From a virus, in the UHGV virus genome UHGV-0213309: 38,072 nt of DNA; one strand, written 5' to 3'. Positions 33,734-38,072 of the stretch are shown here, piece by piece (the first letter of the stretch is position 1; each line of letters starts with the position of its first letter). Position numbers and translations under genes: made by a program. Below the pieces are notes generated by a model. The model was not told the DNA's origin. It was given only the letters and a program-made list of their open reading frames with translations, and searched no databases.

Positions 33734-35577
33734 TTCAGATATACCGACAGGATAATATAGATTATAGGCATAATGGAGATATGACACTGCTTCCGGAAGA
33801 AGCCATTATTCATGTCATCCTCAATGGAGAATGGACAGCGAATATAGAACATCCGATTGACCTAGAAGGAAGATGGAAGTACATTGAGGAAAATGCAGTA
33901 GTGAAAATGCCGTCTTTTAATGGAATCCAACTATTTCGGATAAGAAGCAAAGAAAAGAAAGATTCGGGGGTAAGTGCAGAACTTACTCCTATTTTTATGG
34001 ATGCTAAAGAAGATTGTTTCCTGGTAGATGTCAGACCAACAAACAAAAGTGGACAGGAGGCTCTGGACGTTATGACAGAGAAAACTCCGCAATATCAGGC
34101 AAAATCGGACATCAAGAAGGTATCAACAGCCTATTATCAGACGATGAACCTGATAGAGGCAATCAATGGAAGTGATGATAATGCATTTGTTTCCAGATGG
34201 GGCGGGGAAATCCTGTATGATAATTATCAAGTGATCATCAATGAAAAAGCAGGAGGAGACTATGGTGTACAGGTGATGTATGGAAAAAACATAGTTAAGG
34301 ATGGCTTTTCAGAGATGGTAGACATGAGTGAAGTTGCTACAAGGATTGTTCCAAAATCTTACAATGGATATATGATCGAGGGAGACACACCGTGGGTGGA
34401 CTCACCTCTGATTGAAAAATATCCGACAATACATTACAGAACAATGAAGTTCGAGGATGTGAAAATGCGTGAAGATGCGCAGGAGGATGACGAAGAGAAC
34501 GGAGTGACAATATGTGAAACGCAGAAACAGCTAGAGGAAGCGTTGAAAAAGAAATGCCAGGAACAATATGACGAAGGTGTGGATAAGCCGAAAGTAACCA
34601 TTGAAGCAGACATGGAGCTTCTGCAGAATACAGAACTATACGAAGATGTAAAAAGCCTGGAAATGGTATCACTAGGAGATACCGTGCACTGTAATCACTC
34701 AAAACTTGGAATTAAGTCAGATGCAAGAGTGATTGAGTTGGAATGGGATGCGGTTAGGAACAAGTTGACATTTGTGAAATTAGGAGAGTTTCAATACAAT
34801 TTTCTGAACAATGTTTCTTCTGTAATGAGCCGGGTTGACCAGTCAATCCGTTCAGATGGAACGGTGATCGGGCAGCAGATTCAGGGAACCATCAATGGCG
34901 TTAAGGCTCAGATGAAAGCACAGTCTACGGTCGCAAAAAAGCAGATGGTAAGAGCAATCCTATTTGAAGATCTTGATCCGAAGTCTGAAACGTTTGGTGC
35001 TATGTGTCTTGGAACATTGGGATTCGAGATTGCTTCAGAGCGCACAGCAGATGGAAGAGATTGGAAGTGGAGTACCTTCGGAACGGGACAGGGATTCTTC
35101 GCAGATTTCATCGTTGCCGGAACGATGCTGGCAGATAGAATCAAGGGTGGAACACTGATCCTGGGAGGAAAAGAGAATGGTGATGGCACCGCAAAGGTAC
35201 TGGATGCGAATGGAAATACGGTTGTAGCATTGACAAATCAGGGAATTGTGGTAGACCATGCAGACGAAGGCGGCGTGTTGATCAGTAATGGATCAATATT
35301 TGTGAGAAACACAGAAGGAAAGACAGTGGGAATTGTACACTACCAGAATAATGGAGTGAGCGTACAATCTTATGGCGGCAAATATGCCTCCGTGCTTGTG
35401 ACAAATGAGGGAAATATAGCGTTGAATGCAGCAGGAAAGGCTTCTCTTTCATGCGGAACATATAACATCGGAGGACAAGAGACCAAAACAGGAAAGCTCG
35501 TCTTTTCGGATGGAACATATATCAACGTCCAAAATGGAAGCATTGTTGGAGGAAACACAAAAGAAGGGAGTTTCTAA
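33730..35577 (+). CDS. Tail-associated protein / phage minor structural protein (Tal-like), with repetitive beta-rich C-terminus
   Basis: RBS GGAGGTG. ATGA overlap. N-terminal prophage-tail endopeptidase-like region. Gly/Asn-rich repeats at the C-terminus. Confidence 0.8.
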   Translation: MIQIYRQDNIDYRHNGDMTLLPEEAIIHVILNGEWTANIEHPIDLEGRWKYIEENAVVKMPSFNGIQLFRIRSKEKKDSGVSAELTPIFMDAKEDCFLVDVRPTNKSGQEALDVMTEKTPQYQAKSDIKKVSTAYYQTMNLIEAINGSDDNAFVSRWGGEILYDNYQVIINEKAGGDYGVQVMYGKNIVKDGFSEMVDMSEVATRIVPKSYNGYMIEGDTPWVDSPLIEKYPTIHYRTMKFEDVKMREDAQEDDEENGVTICETQKQLEEALKKKCQEQYDEGVDKPKVTIEADMELLQNTELYEDVKSLEMVSLGDTVHCNHSKLGIKSDARVIELEWDAVRNKLTFVKLGEFQYNFLNNVSSVMSRVDQSIRSDGTVIGQQIQGTINGVKAQMKAQSTVAKKQMVRAILFEDLDPKSETFGAMCLGTLGFEIASERTADGRDWKWSTFGTGQGFFADFIVAGTMLADRIKGGTLILGGKENGDGTAKVLDANGNTVVALTNQGIVVDHADEGGVLISNGSIFVRNTEGKTVGIVHYQNNGVSVQSYGGKYASVLVTNEGNIALNAAGKASLSCGTYNIGGQETKTGKLVFSDGTYINVQNGSIVGGNTKEGSF

Positions 35578-36576
35578 GTGAGCTGGACGATAGGAAACAA
35601 GTATCTGACGGAATCGCAGATGCAAGGAAACGCATTGGAGGTCTATAAATATTTCGCAGGAAAAGGATGGACGTTGAATGCGATCGGTGGGATTCTTGGA
35701 AACATGGAAAAAGAGTCCAACATTAATCCTGGACTCTGGCAGAGCCTGAAAGAAGGAAACTATTCTGGTGGCTTCGGATTGGTTCAGTGGACACCGGCCA
35801 CCAACTATACGAACTGGGCAAACTCGAACGGATACGGAATTACGGATCCGGAAGGGCAGATGTATTGGATTGATGCACTGTCTGCATCAAGTGGTCAGTG
35901 GATTGCGACAAGTGCTTATTCAATGACATGGGGTGCATATAAGAACAGCAAAGAATCACCGGAATATCTCGCAAGCGCGTTTCTGAAGAACTTCGAACGA
36001 GCAGGAGTTGAGGTAGAATCCGAAAGACGGAGTGCAGCACGAAAATGGTACGACTATCTCACAAAATATGCGGATGGGAGTCAGGTTATTGAAAAGGCAG
36101 TGGAATGGGCAATATCGATTGCGAACGATAACAGTCATGGATACGATCAGGCGCACAGAGACGGACCAGATTACGATTGTTCCTCATTAATCTGCTGGGC
36201 ATACTACAATGCAGGGCTGAATACGAGGCCAGGATACACACCAGCTACAGGAGCAATGTATGATGTGTTTCTGGCAGCTGGCTTCAAGGATGTGACTTCA
36301 CAGGTCAATCTAGCCACCGGATCAGGGCTGATCCGGGGAGACGTCCTGTTAAAACCAGGAAACCATACAGAAATGTCAATTGGGAATGGCCAGCTGGTTG
36401 CTGCTTCACAGAACGAATTCGGTGGAATTACCGGAGGACAGACCGGAGATCAGACCGGAAAAGAGATTCATGTGCATGGATACTATAACTTTCCGTGGAA
36501 GTATGTGCTGAGATATCCGGGAGGCGGAGTTGCACCGGTGCAAGGGTTGTATATCGTCAGATGGATTCCTGGATAA
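35578..36576 (+). CDS. Tail-associated lysin: N-terminal phage tail-tip lysozyme-like domain plus C-terminal Cys/His (NlpC/P60- or CHAP-like) peptidase
   Basis: GTG start after AAGGGAG. GGILGNMEKESNINPGLWQS...GFGLVQWT motif. Downstream DYDCSSLICWAYY ... GNHTEMSIGNG (Cys...His). Confidence 0.75.
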   Translation: MSWTIGNKYLTESQMQGNALEVYKYFAGKGWTLNAIGGILGNMEKESNINPGLWQSLKEGNYSGGFGLVQWTPATNYTNWANSNGYGITDPEGQMYWIDALSASSGQWIATSAYSMTWGAYKNSKESPEYLASAFLKNFERAGVEVESERRSAARKWYDYLTKYADGSQVIEKAVEWAISIANDNSHGYDQAHRDGPDYDCSSLICWAYYNAGLNTRPGYTPATGAMYDVFLAAGFKDVTSQVNLATGSGLIRGDVLLKPGNHTEMSIGNGQLVAASQNEFGGITGGQTGDQTGKEIHVHGYYNFPWKYVLRYPGGGVAPVQGLYIVRWIPG

Positions 36577-36586
36577 GGAGGAGAAA

Positions 36587-37355
36587 AGTGAACTATATAG
36601 AACGAGATGTCTATGTGCTGGAGAACAGGATTAAGGAAAAGATTGATTATGTAAGAGGGACGAATGCTCTCCCAATCTATTTCCATTTCCGGGATTATGA
36701 GATTCCGGAAGGGGCAACGGCAAAAGCATTCGTGTTGAAGCCGTCAAAAAAAGCAACATATAATGTATGCCCGATCATTGAGAACACCGTGAGGGTGATC
36801 GTGAAAGATCAGACATTCGCTGAACTTGGGAAAAGCGCGCTTCAGATTGTACTCACAATGGATGAGGAGACGCTTGTTACATTCGATCAGCCGATAGAAG
36901 TACATCGGAATTTCAGTGAAGGAGATGTTCCGGAAAGCGAGAATGAAGCTGGATGGATGAACAACTTCATAAAAGGCATGGAAGAAGCTACAAAGCATGC
37001 TGAGAATGCTGCAAAGACAGCGGAAGAGATTAGTGAGACACTAACAAAAAAGCTACAAAATGGAGATTTCCGAGGAGCAACCGGAGCAACTGGTCCGCAG
37101 GGCAAACAGGGGATTCAGGGAGAACCAGGAAAAGATGGAGAAAAGGGCCAAAGGGGTGATACCGGACCAGTTGGGCCACAAGGGCCGGCAGGAAAAGATG
37201 CGAATGCAGTGATTACATCATTGAACCCGGGAGTATTTGCAATGTCGGTAGAATCAGGACATCTTATCCTGACATACGACTCATACGATACAGCCCCACC
37301 GCTGAAAATTGTGGATGGAAGATTGAAATATGTATTGGAGGAGGTGACAGCATGA
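36587..37355 (+). CDS. BppU/upper-baseplate-like protein with short collagen-like segment
   Basis: GTG start after [58 protein letters not shown] block. C-terminal ...PLKIVDGRLKYVL. Confidence 0.65.
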
Positions 37356-37999
37356 TAAGAGTATATTTCGAAGAGGGAGAAAAAGAAAAGACTGCATACG
37401 GATTGACGCAGTGGGATTATGGACAGAAACTGCAGATTCTGGGACTTAACCTGCCATCTGAACAAGAGGCTGTAGAAGTCCATTTCTCATATTGGCGCGG
37501 ATGCAGGCCGGCGAAAATTATTGAAGCAACTGTGATATGTGACAAGATTATAGCAGATATTCCAAATGATTTCTTAACGGAAGGAGAAGGTATAGATGCT
37601 TATATCTATATATCAAGTTCTGAGGAAGGAAAAACCATTGGGAGAGTAAGACTTCCGGTAATCAAGAGAAAAAAACCAATTGACTACAACGCATCAAATG
37701 AAAACCAAGTGTTAAAACAGGTATTAGAATTTCTGCAAACAAAAGCCGACAATATCACCATCACAGATGGCAATCTGCAGCTTATGTCTCAAGGCCAACC
37801 GGTAGGAGATAAGGTAAGACTGAATACATCCGGAGGAAATGAGATTGAGATCCGGAACAATGGTACAGCTCTGCAATGGAGATATACAAATCAAAATGAC
37901 TGGAATGATCTTGTTCCATTGGAAGATCTGAAAGGAAAAGATGGAAAACCACCGGAATTTGAAGTACGAGATGGACATCTGATCGCAATATATTTATAG
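37352..37999 (+). CDS. Tail fibre family protein sharing C-terminal KDGKPPEFEVRDGHLIAIYL motif with ORF 1..888
   Basis: RBS GGAGGAGGTG. ATGA overlap. C-terminus near-identical in pattern to ...[21 protein letters not shown] of the first ORF. Confidence 0.6.
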   Translation: MIRVYFEEGEKEKTAYGLTQWDYGQKLQILGLNLPSEQEAVEVHFSYWRGCRPAKIIEATVICDKIIADIPNDFLTEGEGIDAYIYISSSEEGKTIGRVRLPVIKRKKPIDYNASNENQVLKQVLEFLQTKADNITITDGNLQLMSQGQPVGDKVRLNTSGGNEIEIRNNGTALQWRYTNQNDWNDLVPLEDLKGKDGKPPEFEVRDGHLIAIYL

Positions 38000-38005
38000 G
38001 ATAGA

Positions 38006-38040
38006 AAGCACTGGCTTCGGCGGGTGCTTTTTATTATAAA
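38006..38040 (+). terminator. Rho-independent terminator (AAAGCAC-TGGCTTCGGCGG-GTGCTTT then TTTTATT)
   Basis: 7-bp stem with internal GC-UUCG-GC tetraloop stem, then a T-tract. Followed by RBS AAGGAAGGA for the ORF at base 1. Confidence 0.7.
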
Positions 38041-38072
38041 ACAATTTTTTAAAAGAAAGGAAGGAAAAAAAC

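Noticed and set aside
1-38072. CRISPR array, rRNA or additional integrase/transposase
   Set aside because: No spaced direct-repeat array. No rRNA-like or transposase-like sequences seen. The only long periodic repeats are the collagen codon repeats inside fibre genes.

Overview
The window reads as a complete temperate siphovirus-type phage genome (38,072 bp) from a low-GC Gram-positive host, probably Clostridia/Lachnospiraceae-like. That host guess rests on the TcdE/UviB-type holin, GH25 lysin, ArpU late regulator, PcfJ-like protein and collagen-like tail fibres. The contig appears circularly permuted. The last ~70 bp hold a terminator and a Shine-Dalgarno sequence that serves the ORF starting at base 1, so the end joins the start inside a tail-fibre gene array. 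Gene order on the circle runs as follows. Collagen-like tail fibres and a receptor-binding protein are at 1-1917, followed by a fibre-associated protein, a membrane protein and a holin. A GH25 endolysin ends at 4761, then a terminator. A low-GC accessory cassette with its own operator-flanked promoter spans 4843-7058 and includes a protein with four tandem zinc ribbons. A candidate attP lies just past it. The lysogeny module is on the minus strand at 7236-11026: a large serine recombinase, a lysine-rich membrane protein, a six-transmembrane voltage-gated K+ channel with a TVGYGD filter and a cI-like repressor. A divergent PL/PR switch with a palindromic operator sits at about 11050-11145. Early and replication genes occupy 11178-22515, including a HUH rolling-circle Rep with an upstream hairpin and repeats, RNase H, a PcfJ-like protein, an acidic low-complexity protein, HNH-like, DUF551-like and YopX-like proteins, an XRE regulator and an ArpU late activator. 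An HNH endonuclease gene at 22649-22981 carries an in-frame TGA at the conserved Trp position. P27-type TerS, TerL, portal, ClpP-like prohead protease, HK97-type capsid, connector proteins, major tail protein and a G/GT tail chaperone with a -1 slippery A-run follow in order. Tape measure, Dit, tail-associated protein, tail lysin and two more collagen/fibre paralogs close the circle at 36587-37999. The most unusual content is the prophage-borne voltage-gated K+ channel in the lysogeny module and the separately promoted low-GC cassette ending in the multi-zinc-ribbon protein. The mosaic tail-fibre paralog family with intragenomic repeats is also notable. All calls come from reading the sequence and from memory of protein families. 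No database search was run.
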